Origin: Girardia tigrina
Lineage: Eukaryota
Assembly: GCA_001938485.1 (NCBI GenBank)
Contig: MQRK01227972.1
Span: 1-64,000 of the forward strand
Direction of reading: 5' to 3'
Length of the DNA: 64,000 bases
In this document: in pieces, positions 1 through 12,688 of the stretch
How positions within the stretch are numbered: position 1 is the stretch's first letter
Layout of the letters: the number at the start of each line of letters is the position of its first letter
Notes under the pieces: model-generated
Seen by the model: the letters and a program-made list of their open reading frames with translations, nothing else
Database searches by the model: none
What the model was told of the DNA's origin: nothing
Made by a program: the position numbers and the translations under genes

Positions 1-85
1 GGGGGGGGGGGGTAAGTGAGGGAGAATGCCCATTTTTACACTACTGTAACCAACCCGAATTTTCAGTTACCAAACACTTGAACCA

Positions 86-463
86 TTTTTTCCATTCTTT
101 TTATTAACTTACTTTCTATATAGTATATATATCCAAGGAATTTAGAAAACTGTTTTTGAAGGCCTTTTACTCAATCGATTTTCGTCAAACTTTGCAGACT
201 TACTCATTCTCAATGACAATAAATGATTATGTAAAAATTTGATCGAAAAAATCTTTTTAAAATCGCAAAATGGGAAAAAACGGAAAATTCGGAGTTATCG
301 AAAAATATTAATTGCAAGATATCTATTTATAAATTATAAGTAGTTTATATTAATTTTTAAAGTTTTTTATAATTGAAATTTTTTAAATTTTAAAATCTTT
401 GTTGGCAAAGTAGAATTCTGTCTGCATAAAGAATGGATATAAAAATTTAATTTTTTGATGTAC
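86..463. repeat. Dispersed non-autonomous repeat; inverted copy at ~38885-39278
   Basis: About 380 bp aligns by eye, with many mismatches, to the reverse complement of 38885-39278 (e.g. ttgcaagatatcta/tagatatcttgcaa, ctttgttggcaaagt/actttgccaacaaag). Confidence 0.85.
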
Positions 464-1159
464 TAATTAGATAATCATTTTTCAATTTAGTTATTTTAAG
501 TGATATTTAAATTAATGGTGCCACTTGAACGTTTTACATAAATTTACGAGTATAAACTGCTTTGTTAGCTTCATTTGCAATGGTTAGAATTTTTTATGGG
601 GGAGACATCGTTGAGTATTAGTGCTTCAAATTATTAATATGGTGCAGTTAAAATAGTTGGATTTAGTTTCATGTATAACCTACGAACTTATGTATATTAA
701 ATAATCTTGATGTGGATTTTTTTTTTATGCTTTAGGAAATCATTTAATAATGTCATACATATTCGTTGAAGATTAAATGAGGCCCTTTGTTTATTGAGAA
801 TGTAAGATTTATCTTCCTGCAAAATGATGAAGAATTTAACAAATATATGTTGACCTGAGTTGGTTATCGCGAACACATAGCTTTGCAAGAAATGCGAACA
901 GACTTTATGTTTATTGGAGGAGTTTTCTTTTTTTCACTCAGTTTCCTCACTAGACATACGAGTCACTAATAAAGATTAGAGTCGATTTGAAAAACTATGT
1001 GGAAGTGTGTGTTTCTAAAATCTTCTTTTTCTTGTGGTGCACCACCCCCTTTGGACATTTGCCAGTCTAGACCTCAACAACAAACCATTTCTTTTATTTT
1101 TAATGTAATTGTACAAAGGGAACTTATAACATGAAGAATAAGCTTTTCAAATATTTTAG

Positions 1160-1374
1160 TCACTGTATATCGTGATCTCTTCTGCCAACAATCTTTAAAT
1201 TGGTGATTACTAGGGCACGGAATTTAATGACCTTAAAATTAAAAAAATGACTCTATTTTATTTCCACTCTTTCCAGTTGAGATTTTATTTTGTTCTTCCC
1301 CTCTGTCAATAGAGTCGCCACCGTCACCAATCCGACACAGTCACACCTCTGCGCCACCCACTCTGTATTCAATG

Positions 1375-1438
<64 letters not shown>

Positions 1439-2005
1439 TTATTATTATTAATAGTAATAATAATCATTGATAACAGAGTGGGTGACGCAGTGGTGTGACT
1501 GCGGCGGATTGGTGACGGTGGCGACTCTATTGACAGATGGAAGAACAAAATATTATCTCAACCTGAAAGAGAGGAAATAAAATAGTCATTTTTTTTAATT
1601 TTTAAGGTCCTTAAATTCCGTGCCCTATTGATTGCCTTTTCTAATCCTTTTTTTCTTATGATGTGGCCAAAGAGATTGCCTTTTTCTGATTAACATTAAA
1701 ATATGAGTTTTCCAAATAATATCCATCATTCGGAGTTAGAACTACATCTCAGCCGCATCAATTCTCTTTTCTATTTTTTTTTGAAATCGTGAAACATTCT
1801 GAGTCATATGAAAGAACAGAATAAACGTAATATTCTAGAAGTCGTAGCTGTGTTGTCATAGGGATTTTACTCTTTATGAGGATAGTATTCACTTTGGAGT
1901 ATGCATCTTTAGTCAAGGAAATTATTTCTTTAATCTCTTGATCACATTTGCCATTCGAAGTGATTAAAATTTCTAAGTAATTGACACTGGCGACTTGTGA
2001 CTCTT
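1160..2005 (-). mobile_element. Degenerate RTE-like LINE, C-terminal ORF region, interrupted by a MITE
   Basis: Minus-strand translation VNYLEILITSNGKCDQEIKEII...LRLLEYYVYSVLSYDSECFT...EKRIDAAEM...FGHIIRKKGLEK resumes past the MITE (KIVGRRD). Typical post-RT region of RTE LINEs, with stops and frameshifts. Confidence 0.7.
1213..1625. mobile_element. Palindromic MITE (~165-bp inverted arms around an (ATT)n microsatellite), TA target duplication
   Basis: TA|GGGCACGGAATTTAA...TTAAATTCCGTGCCC|TA; the arms are reverse complements all the way to the central (att)n tract at ~1375-1450. Confidence 0.92.
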
Positions 2006-2479
2006 ATTAACCCTTAATTAGTATGGTGCAAACAGGTGCATTCTTTTTCATACTGACAACCGTGCCTTCTCTTTTCTTGATATTCATAAACAGTTATTTT
2101 TACTGCCTTTCAATGATTAGTATTTTAACGATTACTTGGAGCTCCTCTATTCAATCAGCTATAAGAACAGTTTCATCCACGTATTTATTCCATTGATTTT
2201 TAATCCAGGTAAATTTTCAATTGAAGTAAAAACATAAATTTACTGAAGGATTTAGATCACCCGGAAAAGTTATTTTCAATAATCAACAAACTAAAGTCAT
2301 AACAGAGGAAGAAATCTGTACATACATAATTTATATAATTGGACTTTAAGCAATACTTTTTCATGAGAACCAATTAAAGAAACTACCAAATACATCAATT
2401 AAAATAGTAAATAAAATATTGCGTTATTTTGTTCGAAAGGCATCAAGAAATTTGATACTTATTGGGAGGGTGTGCTATG

Positions 2480-2720
2480 TGAAGAATTGTTAATTAGGTC
2501 GCGTTGCCCTAAAAATAATATTCAAACAGCAGTTTCAAACAGCCTATTGAGAATTTCGATTAGCGTGATTTCATGCAATTGATTATACAATTATTATTTT
2601 TGCATTTATATGCAGGTGAATTAATTATTAATCAGTGAACTGAAGATGACGGTTGATACGTCGAAAATATATCGTCAATAAATATATCTTTAATACGATG
2701 TACTTTGTTTTTAAAATAGG
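2480..2720 (+). mobile_element. Penelope-like element 3' end / pseudo-LTR remnant
   Basis: Degenerate VIRSRCPK.NIQ resembles the PLE C-terminus. It is followed by taatcagtga-ctgaNgatgacggtt...cgtcgaaa, shared with the PLE tail at ~45530-45580. Confidence 0.55.
2636..2677 (+). ncRNA. Degenerate minimal type I hammerhead ribozyme motif
   Basis: CTGAAGA-T-GACG(gttgata)CGTC-GAAA-atata-TC; stem I tgaa/gtca is imperfect. Confidence 0.5.
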
Positions 2721-2851
2721 CAAAAATTACTTTTTATATAAAATGAAAGTAGGCACATGTTGGAGTATTCACTTTTGCTGATAAATAATTATATTTCTGT
2801 AATAAGTAATATAAGTAAGATAAAGTCAGGAATTTAATATATCTTAATTAC

Positions 2852-3115
2852 CATAATAATCATAGCATCTTCTATTAATCACCAGTAAAGGATGACCACA
2901 GGTAAAGCAAATTGTATTTTTATCCAGGCCATAATGTACAATCCAGAAACGTGTGGCAATAGAAGAGCTGCTGTTATATGACAAAAACCCTATACCTTTA
3001 ACAAGATCTTGGGTAACCAATTCAATTGGGTCAATTTCACATGTGACATTCATTACTTTAGTTGGAATAAATATTTTTGTATAATCAGGTAAAATTATAA
3101 CTGTTACGCTTTTAT
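2852..3115 (-). CDS. Exon 8 of modular Cys4/Ig-like repeat gene (type B domain)
   Basis: tttAG|AT...TAT G|GTAATT; 264 nt, phase 1-1, open: DKSVTVIILPDYTKIFIPTKVMNVTCEIDP...TICFTCGHPLLVINRRCYDYY. Confidence 0.85.
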
Positions 3116-3711
3116 CTAAATTTAAATTAATAAAGATAGTAAAACTATGTAATATATTTAGTATTGCATCATCAAATATTCATAAAAATATTATATAGAT
3201 TTTATTTACCAAACTGAACTTAATGTAAAACAAAATTAATTTATAATTTTATTAAAATTGTGTTATTTGTCCATAACTGATCCCTTTAGTTCAAACTTTT
3301 CTGATTCAGTTGAATTATAAATGTTAGTACACATATGGGACAATAGATGGAGAAAAGTGCACTCTTCCCACATTTTATGACGGGCTACAACGATCTGAAC
3401 CGATTTAAATACATAATTATTAATTTATTGTTTCTTATTTTAAAAATATTGTCATTTATTGATCAATGTAGATTTCAAAGGGTTAAGCTATCTTTGTCAA
3501 TATACATATGACATTTTTGGTTGAATTCTATTCATTATAGTAAGAAAGGTTGGAGACGAATGAAAACTTGTTTCTACCACAATTTAGTGAAATCCTAAAT
3601 CACCCGCTTTCACCACAATATTAAAACAAGAACTGATTAATTCAGCATGTAACTCATAATTATGTTATTAAATGGAAACATATTTGCATAAAATATTAAG
3701 ATAAATAAATT

Positions 3712-4633
3712 GGATCTACGACGAAACGCCGCGAACAAAAACACCGCGGACAAAAACTCCGAGAATGAAGACGTCGAATTCAATGATTAAATTAATATTA
3801 TTAAATTTAGTAAAACTTTATTTAAATAATATTATTAAAATGAATATTATTAATTGAAAATTTTTCATAAAGGGCTTAAATTAACCTATAAATAAGTTGA
3901 AAATGACTGGATATCGCAAAAGGTTTCAATGTATATTTGTGGTGAAAAACTAAATTATAGACAATTTAAATGGGACCCAATCCGTTTTGTAGATAGAATG
4001 TTAATATTTTGCTTTTAAGAAAATATTTTTAAAAAATCAAAAAATATTTTTAAAAAATAAAAAATCATATAAAAATTTTTTTGATTCTAAATTTTTGAAT
4101 TATTTTTATAATATTGGAAAACACTGTCTTTATTTTTTAAATTTTTAATGTTAAATAAATTAATACTAAAATTTAAAAAAAAATAGTAAAAAATTGAATA
4201 AACATTAAAAATTATTTTTTTAATATTATTTTAAAAATAATTCCAAATCTTAGAATAAAATAATATTTTATATGATTTTTTTATTATTTAAAGATATTTT
4301 CTTAAAAACAGAATATTAACATTCTATTTACAAAACGGCTTGGGCTCCATTTAAATTTTCTATAATTTAGTTTTTCCCACAAATATGCATTGCAACTTTT
4401 TGCGACTTCCAGACATTTTCAGCTTATTTTTAGGTTAATTTAAGCCCATTTTGAAAAATTTTCAATAATTAATATTCATTTGAATAATATTAATATTAAT
4501 TAAATAGTTTTACTAAATTTAATAATTTTAATAATATTAACTTAATCATTGAATTCGACTTTTTCATTCTCGACGTTTTTGTTCGCGGCGTTTTGTCCGT
4601 GGCGTTTTTTTCGCAGTGTTTTGTCGTGATACC
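3712..4633. mobile_element. Mutator-like foldback element (near-complete ~920-bp palindrome) with 9-bp TSD
   Basis: Long inverted arms with subterminal AAAACRCCGCGRAC-like repeats; AAATAAATT at both 3703-3711 and 4634-4642. Confidence 0.88.
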
Positions 4634-4999
4634 AAATAAATTCATTCAATATCTTTTCTTATCGATTTCCCAATCTCGGGGAAATTTGATTGATTTAATT
4701 AACTTTCTCTCAGTCGCATCTAAGTCATCAATTCGAACTAACAAAATTTCTATTGGAAACACAAAACCTTGTCGATAAACCAATAATAAATTTTGGTGAG
4801 TATTAATGATCTTAATATTATTTATGAAGAAACAAAATCATAATTATTATTATTTTGGTGTATGAAACCCTTCGTTTGTTATCTTTTGTAAAAACAACAA
4901 TCAATACGAATGCTATGAAATGACGCTCTAAATTGATTGTAGCAGTCTAAAAATTCAAATAAGCAAAGAATGGTTTAAACGTTGGTCAAATTTGATTTA

Positions 5000-5330
5000 T
5001 CATTCGAAGCCTCGGCATGCCTCAGTCAGGTCTTCGAATAGTGAGGAAGTTCGAGTGAATGCCTTTCTCAATCGGTCTTTATAACCTACTATTGTCTTAT
5101 CTACCGCTTTGTATCGATCTTTCAGATCTCTCTCCAACAAACAAACGACTATTGTCTCTTGTTTGGCCTTCGCTATTNCTGCAAAATTAAAGAATGTTTC
5201 ACATTCTTCAATAAATGTCTCCACATTATCGCCTTTCCTGTACTTTTCAGGTAACAGTTGACCCGTGAGGATATCCATTGCAGCGTTAGTCGCCATGTGA
5301 GATTTGGTTGCAACATCAATAGTAATTATA
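5000..5330 (-). mobile_element. Gypsy gag 5' fragment with LTR end and PBS
   Basis: ...CTCACA|TGGCGACTAAC (LTR end plus PBS); ORF MATN...PEKYRKGDNVETFIEECETFF is gag N-terminal-like. Confidence 0.7.
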
Positions 5331-5496
5331 GCAGAGGACCTTGAAAAACTGTCCTCAGGACTCTATTATTTTCATTAATGTTTATGATGTAAAAATATGT
5401 AAATTATCGTACCAATATTATTAGAAAGTGTCCGATATAATTAAAATTTATTTTAATAAATAAAATTGATCAAAATACATTTCAAAAATTCATTAC

Positions 5497-5760
5497 CATA
5501 ATAATTATAACACCGAAACTTAATGATTAAGAATGAATGACCACAAGAGAAACATATAGTTTCCTTATTCCGCCCATCGTACGGGATCCAAAGAGGGGTC
5601 ACTGCTGAAGAACTACTATTATTTGTAATAAATCTGATATTTTTTACAAGATTCTTTGAAACTATTTCATATGGATCAACTTCACATGTAATATTCATAA
5701 TTCGATTTGGTAAATATATTTTTGTATAATTTGGCTGTATGCGTATTGATATTGGCTTAT
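5497..5760 (-). CDS. Exon 7 of modular Cys4/Ig-like repeat gene (type B domain)
   Basis: ttttAG|AT...TAT G|GTAATG; 264 nt, phase 1-1, open; aligns without gaps to exon 8. Confidence 0.85.
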
Positions 5761-6001
5761 CTAAAAATATATTACACATTAATTAATATTACTTTTCAGA
5801 ATAGAGGTATTTCATAAATAATAATTAATACAGTTAACACTCTATAATTTCACACTTTTGTATGAAAAATACCAAAAGATAAAAATATGAAATTACAAAA
5901 TGTGGATTTATAGAAATTTGATAGTTATGTATTGCATAACAATATACAATCATTACATAACATTATATACAATCATGCTCTTGTATCTTATTGGTTTAGT
6001 A

Positions 6002-7266
6002 TTAGGTTGTTGCAAAAGCAATGTATGTTTTGGACCTTAATTTTAAACAAATGTAACTCAATACACAATAAACTTTATTAATCGAAATAAAAACCATCAG
6101 AATCAATACATTTTTAGCAACTAGAAACAAGTTTATTGATGCCCCTAGTGTAGAACTCCTGAGTTCTGGATGCAATGAAAGCCTTAAAGGCGTCTTTGGT
6201 GTCGTCTTGGTTTTTGAAGCATTTTTTCTAGAGGAAGTTGTCCAGATGCTTGAAAAATTGTAGTCAGTGGGCGAGAGGTCCGGTGAGTAGGGTGGATGAG
6301 GCAGAGTTTCTTAGCCCAATTCGTTTAGCTTTTGTAGGGTTGATTTTGTGATGTGTGACGGAGCGTTGTCGTGGAGGAGAATTAGCCCCTTCATATTGAC
6401 CAATCTTGAGCACATACATCAGAGCTCATGATGCATTTTGTCAATTTGTTGGCAGTAATTCTCTGCGGTCGTCGTTTCACCCGTATTCAGAAAGCTGTGA
6501 TGGATGAGACTGGCTTCAGACCACCAAACAGTCACCATGACCTTGTTTGGAGGGAAGTTTAGTTTCCGAAATTGGTGAGGAGCCTCATCGTGGCCGATTG
6601 TCGTAGAGAATCCACCTCTCATTACATGTTACAATTCGATAGAGAAATGGGTCATTCTTGCTGCTCAGAAGATGCGCGGAAGACACCTCAAAACGACGAT
6701 TTTTTTTGACTTTCGTTCAATTCGTGAGGCACCCATTTATCTAGTTTTTTCAACTTTTCAATTTGCTTCAAAAGCCGAGCGACGGTTGACGGATCAATGT
6801 TAAACTCTTCTGCAAGTGCACGAACGGTTGTGCGTGAATCGGATTCCACCAGCCCCTTCAATTCGTCACTGTCAATCGTACATGGACGGCTACTATGAGG
6901 GTCATCTTCCAGGCTGGTATTGCCAGAGCGAAACTTGATACCAGCACTACATTGTGCATTCATTGACACTTCCCTTGCTTAAAACTTCGTTGATGTTTCG
7001 AGCGGTTTGAGCTGCATTACCCCCAGCTTGAACTTATAGAAATAAATGTTGCGAAAATCACGTTTTGACATATGTAATTAAATTCAAAATTATTAACAAA
7101 AGAAACATTGTAATTAGTTTTAGACAACTATATCTGAAAGAGTATAAATTAAGCTTTTGAACGACTCATAACATAATACATTACATAACATCCTACATAC
7201 TTTAGTCGTATAACAGGGTAAATACAAAAAAAATCATAAACCTGCATTCCTTTTGCAACAACCTAA
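6002..7266 (-). mobile_element. Full-length degenerate mariner transposon
   Basis: TIR TTAGGTTGTTGCAAAAG...CTTTTGCAACAACCTAA with TA TSDs; WVPHEL, HDN and YSPDLSP motifs broken by frameshifts. Confidence 0.93.
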
Positions 7267-7499
7267 TATCAGTCTAAAATTCTCCTTTTACATCTAATCC
7301 CGAAAAATATGCTATTTCACTCATTCTCATTATTCATTCCAAGCACAAACATTAGAGTAGCGATCGTTCGAGACTTTAAACATTAGTGAACTATTTTTCA
7401 TTATGACTTTTTACTAAAATTTATTAACAACAATTAGAAAAAGAATAACAAAAATATTTCAATACTAAAATTTTATGAAACATTATTTTTCCCAGTTTG

Positions 7500-8200
7500 G
7501 TTGTATGTGTAGAAAGCTTTGTAAGATGTTTGCCTTCATACACGCGCTTCCGTTAGCATAAAAATCAATTCCTACATTTTTTGTGTTTATTCCAATAAAA
7601 CATCTTGGTTTTAAAGATTTCCCGATTATTAATGTTGGAAATTTGCTTTTGCCACTATATCAAATAGTTACTCTCTCTTTGTCCTTTTTTCTTCAATGCA
7701 CTTTTGTTTATGCTAGTGTTCTATCAGGTTGCATAAAAACAATGCAGTCTCAACCATGTTATAACGTCATGATGACGATATTTCTCAATTTTTTCTCTCT
7801 ATTTGGGAACACTAAAATCGAAAACGTTTTGATCATCATACCCTAACTCTCCACACAATTTTTTAAGTGATATTCCATGTCGGATTTTGAACGATAACAT
7901 CCACGCTTCAGATAATTTCAAATCAGAATTATTAATTTTCAGCTCCAGTTTCAAAGATACCGCTTCTTGTCGAACCAATTCATCACAGATAAAAATATCT
8001 TCCTGGTTTTTTGTAGAACTCTTCATCAAATTTTGCGTTTTTTTTTAAAAACGTTCACTATTCTTCTTTATAAATTATCTTGAGAAAAAGTCTCTGAATT
8101 TCGTTAATATTTTTGATATTTTACTTCTGTTTTTACTCTTCGCGAAATTGTTTTGTACCCAATCAACCTTTTTTCATGTGTAACACTCTTTTCCTTTTTA
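7500..8200 (-). mobile_element. Degenerate pogo/Tigger transposase fragment
   Basis: CENP-B-type HTH LKLSEAWMLSFKIRHGISLKKLCGE, followed by MQPDRTL and KKDKERVT remnants. Confidence 0.7.
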
Positions 8201-9509
8201 TGACTTATTAACTTAAGTTTCTCATAATTTATCAAAGAAATGTGTTTTATTTAATGTTTAAATTTTCCGATTTGTTAAAATTTTTCACACTGAGAGTGTT
8301 GGGCTATTAGTTTTCCTAAACTGAAAAATAACTTAGATTTTGGAATTATGTTTTGACGATTAATATATTATAGTAAAACAGGCACTAATAAAATTGACTG
8401 ATTAATAATCAGTGACTATCACAGATATAGTTAAATATAGTTTGACATTTTCGTCAATTGATTAGGCTTTAGATTTTCTCGATTGTATTTTCGGCTATGA
8501 TATAAAAGGTACTGAGAAGTTCAATGTGGTAGATCATTTTTCTTGATGGCAGAATTTATCATTGATATCAGTATGATCCATCTAAAATTATTATCTATGA
8601 TAAATTACCTCCACTTAGGGTGGATCGAACAGTATATAACTCAAAAAATTTCTAGTATACCTAACTATTGAACATTTCTCCAAATTGCAATTTTTAAATT
8701 TAATTTTTACAATCATCAAACTTCAATTAACTGGAATATATCATAAGAAGTCTAAGACGAATATCAACAATGTTGATTTCCAAACGATTGTTATTCAATT
8801 AATTTTCAATTGTGATAATAATTAGGTTTACATATGTGATTTATAAATATTATGTTGTAAAAATAGAAATGTGTCAAAAAATTGTGCCAAAGAATCACTG
8901 AAAAATGTGTTTGCGAACAAAGTTTTTGACATCTTGGATGAATTGGTGGCTGTCATCAAAGATCACTGTGCCTTGAAGAACAGCAGCTTCTTAACCTAAG
9001 AAATTGAATTCCTTTCACAGAAAATTTAAAACAGTAATTTAAGTAAGTGTAGAAGATCGTGCGAAAGGGATTCATCAGCCTTAAGCTTTATGGATTCGTA
9101 TATACTACATTTCTATTTTCAGAAAATATGGATTGGAACTCGTTGTGTTACTGTAATTTATATAATCGTAATAGCTATAAACATTTATTTGATTCAATAA
9201 CGTGCTCAAAAATTTTATTTATGTTTATTTATTTTTTAATAAATATGTTTTACTCTTATAATTTTCATGAACAAATTCTAGAACAAACAATTTTAATTCT
9301 TTGGCATCAATAATCTAAAGAATTCGATAACCCTTTAAAAACGTTATCTACTGTCAAATGTGGCATTTGTCGATTTATATTACTTATTCTATTTGAATTA
9401 TACAATTTTTACACAAATTTAAACTTTTACTTTTTTCAAATTTCCTTTAACAATTAATTTTGATTCTATTTTAAAAAACAACTTTTTTATAAACTAAATG
9501 TTTTTGTAT

Positions 9510-10410
9510 GAGATCGTCAAACATGAAAATTTGTAGAACTAAATTTAAAGTTTATTGATAATTTACCATTACAAATATTTATGTCATTCATCAAAGTATG
9601 CGCCCATATTATCGACACACTTTCTTCTTGAACAGCAGCTTCTGGATGATATTTAAATAAAAATTTTTAGGCCAGAATCTATAAATTCCTGGAAAGTCAT
9701 TTTTACGGCATCTTAGGAATTGAATTTTTTTCTTATCAAAAAGTTTTTCAAATTGAGGGAGACCTGATTGTCAGTTGGGACTCGTTCTAGTGGTTTTTTC
9801 ACGGTTTTAAGTGCAGGATGTGGTTTTGCATTGTCGTGGAGCAATATAGGAGTAGACATGTTTACCCAATGCGGCTGTTTTTCTTTGAGTGTCCGCATCA
9901 TATTTTCCAATTGGTTGTAGTAGAAATCTGCTGTAATCGACGATCCATGTTTCATGAATTCATGATGGATTATGAAGTAGCATTATGTGAAAGACAACCA
10001 AACACTCACTATCAGCTTTTTCATGAATTCTGTGCTTTAGACTCGAATGAGGGACCAAAACACACTCTAAAGTTTAGAGTGTGTTTTGGTCCCTCATTCG
10101 TGTCAACCTAGCTAGATGCACGCTTGAAATGATCATATTGCATCGATTTTTCACCAAATTGATGATTTGATTCAAAATTTGATTATATTCATAACGAGAA
10201 AGCATCAACGAGCAAACATTCCAAGGCCTTGTTTCGGCTTTTCATTCAACTTATGTGGGATTCACTTATTCCACCTTTTTACTTTACTAATTTGAGCCAA
10301 GTAATTCAATATTATTTGCTTTGCAACAGCAACGTTAGCGATAAATCATGATCACTTTGGGATGGATCCTACTCCAAAGCTGCCTTCAGTTCTTCATTGT
10401 CTTGGTCGTG
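9510..10410 (-). mobile_element. Degenerate mariner fragment
   Basis: SITADFYYNQL...PILLHDNAKPH; 9510-9615 also recurs inverted at ~33695-33800. Confidence 0.75.
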
Positions 10411-11244
10411 AAGAAAACTGATACATCTTCTAAATCCTTGGCCTAATATCGATCGTTCTGTCGGTTGGTCTTGGGGTCAATAGTTAAAATTTTATAATCG
10501 CTGTTAAATCGGAGAGGGCCAGCCATCTCGTACTTCATCGTCAATCGTTTGATGCAACTGCTCAGAAAGGTTGCAATGAGCTTCTGACACTCCAGTCGGT
10601 CATGTGTCTTCCTACATGACATTACCTAGTCATCTTATTTCTCCTCACCAAACCGAAATCGTATGGCATTTGGCAATTTGATAAAGTTGATTATTTCAGT
10701 CGGCATTTACTCAACATATAAGTTCGGTAAGCTATCGTTGTAGTGATTGCTAGATCACACAACATTTTTTATTAAAAATAATTTAATTAAAATTAATAAG
10801 TTATTTTCACTTATCAATTTTTAATCTTTTCATTAAGTATTACAAAAAATTTTTATTAAAATTTACAAAAAAAACTCAAAAGAAGTGAACTGAAAACAAG
10901 GGAAAAAAATAAAAAATTAATGTAAATATATAAATGGAACTATAAAATATGTGGAACAAAACAATTTGGTTTTAATATTCGCAACAAAGTTTTTACGAAT
11001 CAATAAAATGTCTATTTGGATTATCATATAATTTTATATTCAATATTTTCTTTTTAAATTGTCCGAATAACAAAAATGATTTATTATTTTAGAAAAATTT
11101 GAAAAAAAAGCAAACAAAATGTGTTAGCAATATCAACGATTAACAGCGGCGAATCGAACTATCACAATTTGAGTTTCAGAAGCAACTAGTAATGATTATA
11201 AATAGCGACTTTAAGAACAATGATTCGCTGGACGACAATTTGTC

Positions 11245-11618
11245 GGGAACGAGTGTTATACTTTTCCCACATATTATGCAATCTATGTAGATTACATAAT
11301 TTCGTTTCGAATTAGGGGAATAACTGGCGGAATGGATGAATAAAATTGTTAATTAATTAATAAAAAGTGAAATAATTAATTATTAATTGATTGAAATTCA
11401 ATCAAATCAAATTTAATCATTTATTTGTTAAATAATTTATTTAATAATTCATTTAATAATTAATTTATTCTTTATTTTATTTACTTAAATAAATTAAATT
11501 ATTTAATTAAATTAAATACATTAATTATTTAATGAATGAATGAATAAATCTTAGAATGAATAATGAAATAATCTACACAGATTACATAATATGTGGGGGC
11601 AGTATAACACTCGTTCCC
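11245..11618. mobile_element. MITE with ~45-bp terminal inverted repeats
   Basis: GGGAACGAGTGTTATAC...CCCACATATTATG versus CATAATATGTGGG...GTATAACACTCGTTCCC|TA; AT-rich core. Confidence 0.8.
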
Positions 11619-12139
11619 TATGCAGTTTGCTAGTCACTAGACGGCCGGAAACTCATTGCCGGTGACTTCAGTGAAGAATTCACGCTCTGGAACAGCTTGA
11701 CTTTTAATTTTGAAACCATTCACCAGGAATATTCAACTAATGTCCCATTTCATCCGATATTCGCCGATATCGCCAAATATCAACAGACATATCAGGTTCA
11801 TACAATAGTGTTCAAAATGTCATCAAAATACGGTATTTTTTATGAATCGGTGTTCCCTTCGGCACTTTTCAGCATCCCGCCGCTCATGATGAAACTCGAG
11901 ATGATCGGGTCTCATTGCCGGAACCATAAATTTTAAGTAAATAAAAATTAAAGTGCAAATTCCAATTTAAAGTCAAAATATTTCATTAAAAAAGAATTAA
12001 AAAGTGTATAAAAACTTGAGCGTTGAAGAGATTCGAAATCAGCGATGTGGAAATACATCGAAAAAATTCAAAAACTTCATGTAACAAAAAATAAAAAAAT
12101 GTTATGCAGTGTACCACTTTAAAGTAAAATGAGGCTTAC

Positions 12140-12397
12140 TGTAAAAGTCAAAGCATCCGGTCAACAATTTGTACCACGGGTGGCTACAAGTCAAACATAT
12201 TCTTCCTTGGTTATTCCCATTAACAAAAGCGTGTGAATTATTTCTATAAATGGTTGTAGCATTCAAAAAGAATATTACCGGTAGTTCAGTTATGTTCTTC
12301 AGGAATAAATTTGGATCCAATACACATTCTAGAATAAGGATTTTGTTTGGAAGATAAATGCTTGTATTTGGCATAATGTAAAAATTTGACGGGCCCT
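12140..12397 (-). CDS. Exon 6 of modular Cys4/Ig-like repeat gene (type B domain)
   Basis: ttCAG|AG...TAC A|GTAAGC; 258 nt, phase 1-1, open: GPSNFYIMPNTSIYLPNKILILECVLDP...RICLTCSHPWYKLLTGCFDFY. Confidence 0.85.
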
Positions 12398-12448
12398 CTG
12401 AATTTGATTAATGAACTAAACATGAAAGCATTTTTTATAAAAACTAAC

Positions 12449-12688
12449 GATATGGTAATAGACAACGTTTATATTCAACCAATACTTCATGATAGCATGT
12501 TAAACACAATGATCCAACATCTGAACCATTCCAAAATCCAGGAAAAGGATTTTTATTGTCTTTAAAAAGTTGAATATTTGGAAAATATTTCTTTTCTTTT
12601 GGTAAATTTAGATCGCAATGAAAAGTGACATTTTTACGTAATGGATAATGGTTTCCAAAGGGATGAAGTACGAGTAGAGGCCTCGTTT
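12449..12688 (-). CDS. Exon 5 of modular Cys4/Ig-like repeat gene (type A domain)
   Basis: gctaaAG|AA...TAT C|GTTAGT; 240 nt, phase 1-1; 51-nt intron to exon 6; TRPLLVLHPFGNHYPLRKNVTFHCDL...GSLCLTCYHEVLVEYKRCLLPY. The acceptor is less certain than the donor. Confidence 0.8.

Noticed and set aside
2255-2316. Possible terminal exon of the modular gene (DFFLCYDFSLLIIENNFSG*)
   Set aside because: Only a plausible acceptor and a short frame; no homology or TM signal to support it.
3208-3395. Possible extra exon between exons 7 and 8
   Set aside because: All frames after the candidate acceptors hit stops and the Cys pattern is absent.
12020-12072. Possible hammerhead (TTGAAGA...GATGT/ACATC-GAAA)
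   Set aside because: The core C is missing and extra sequence separates the core from stem II.
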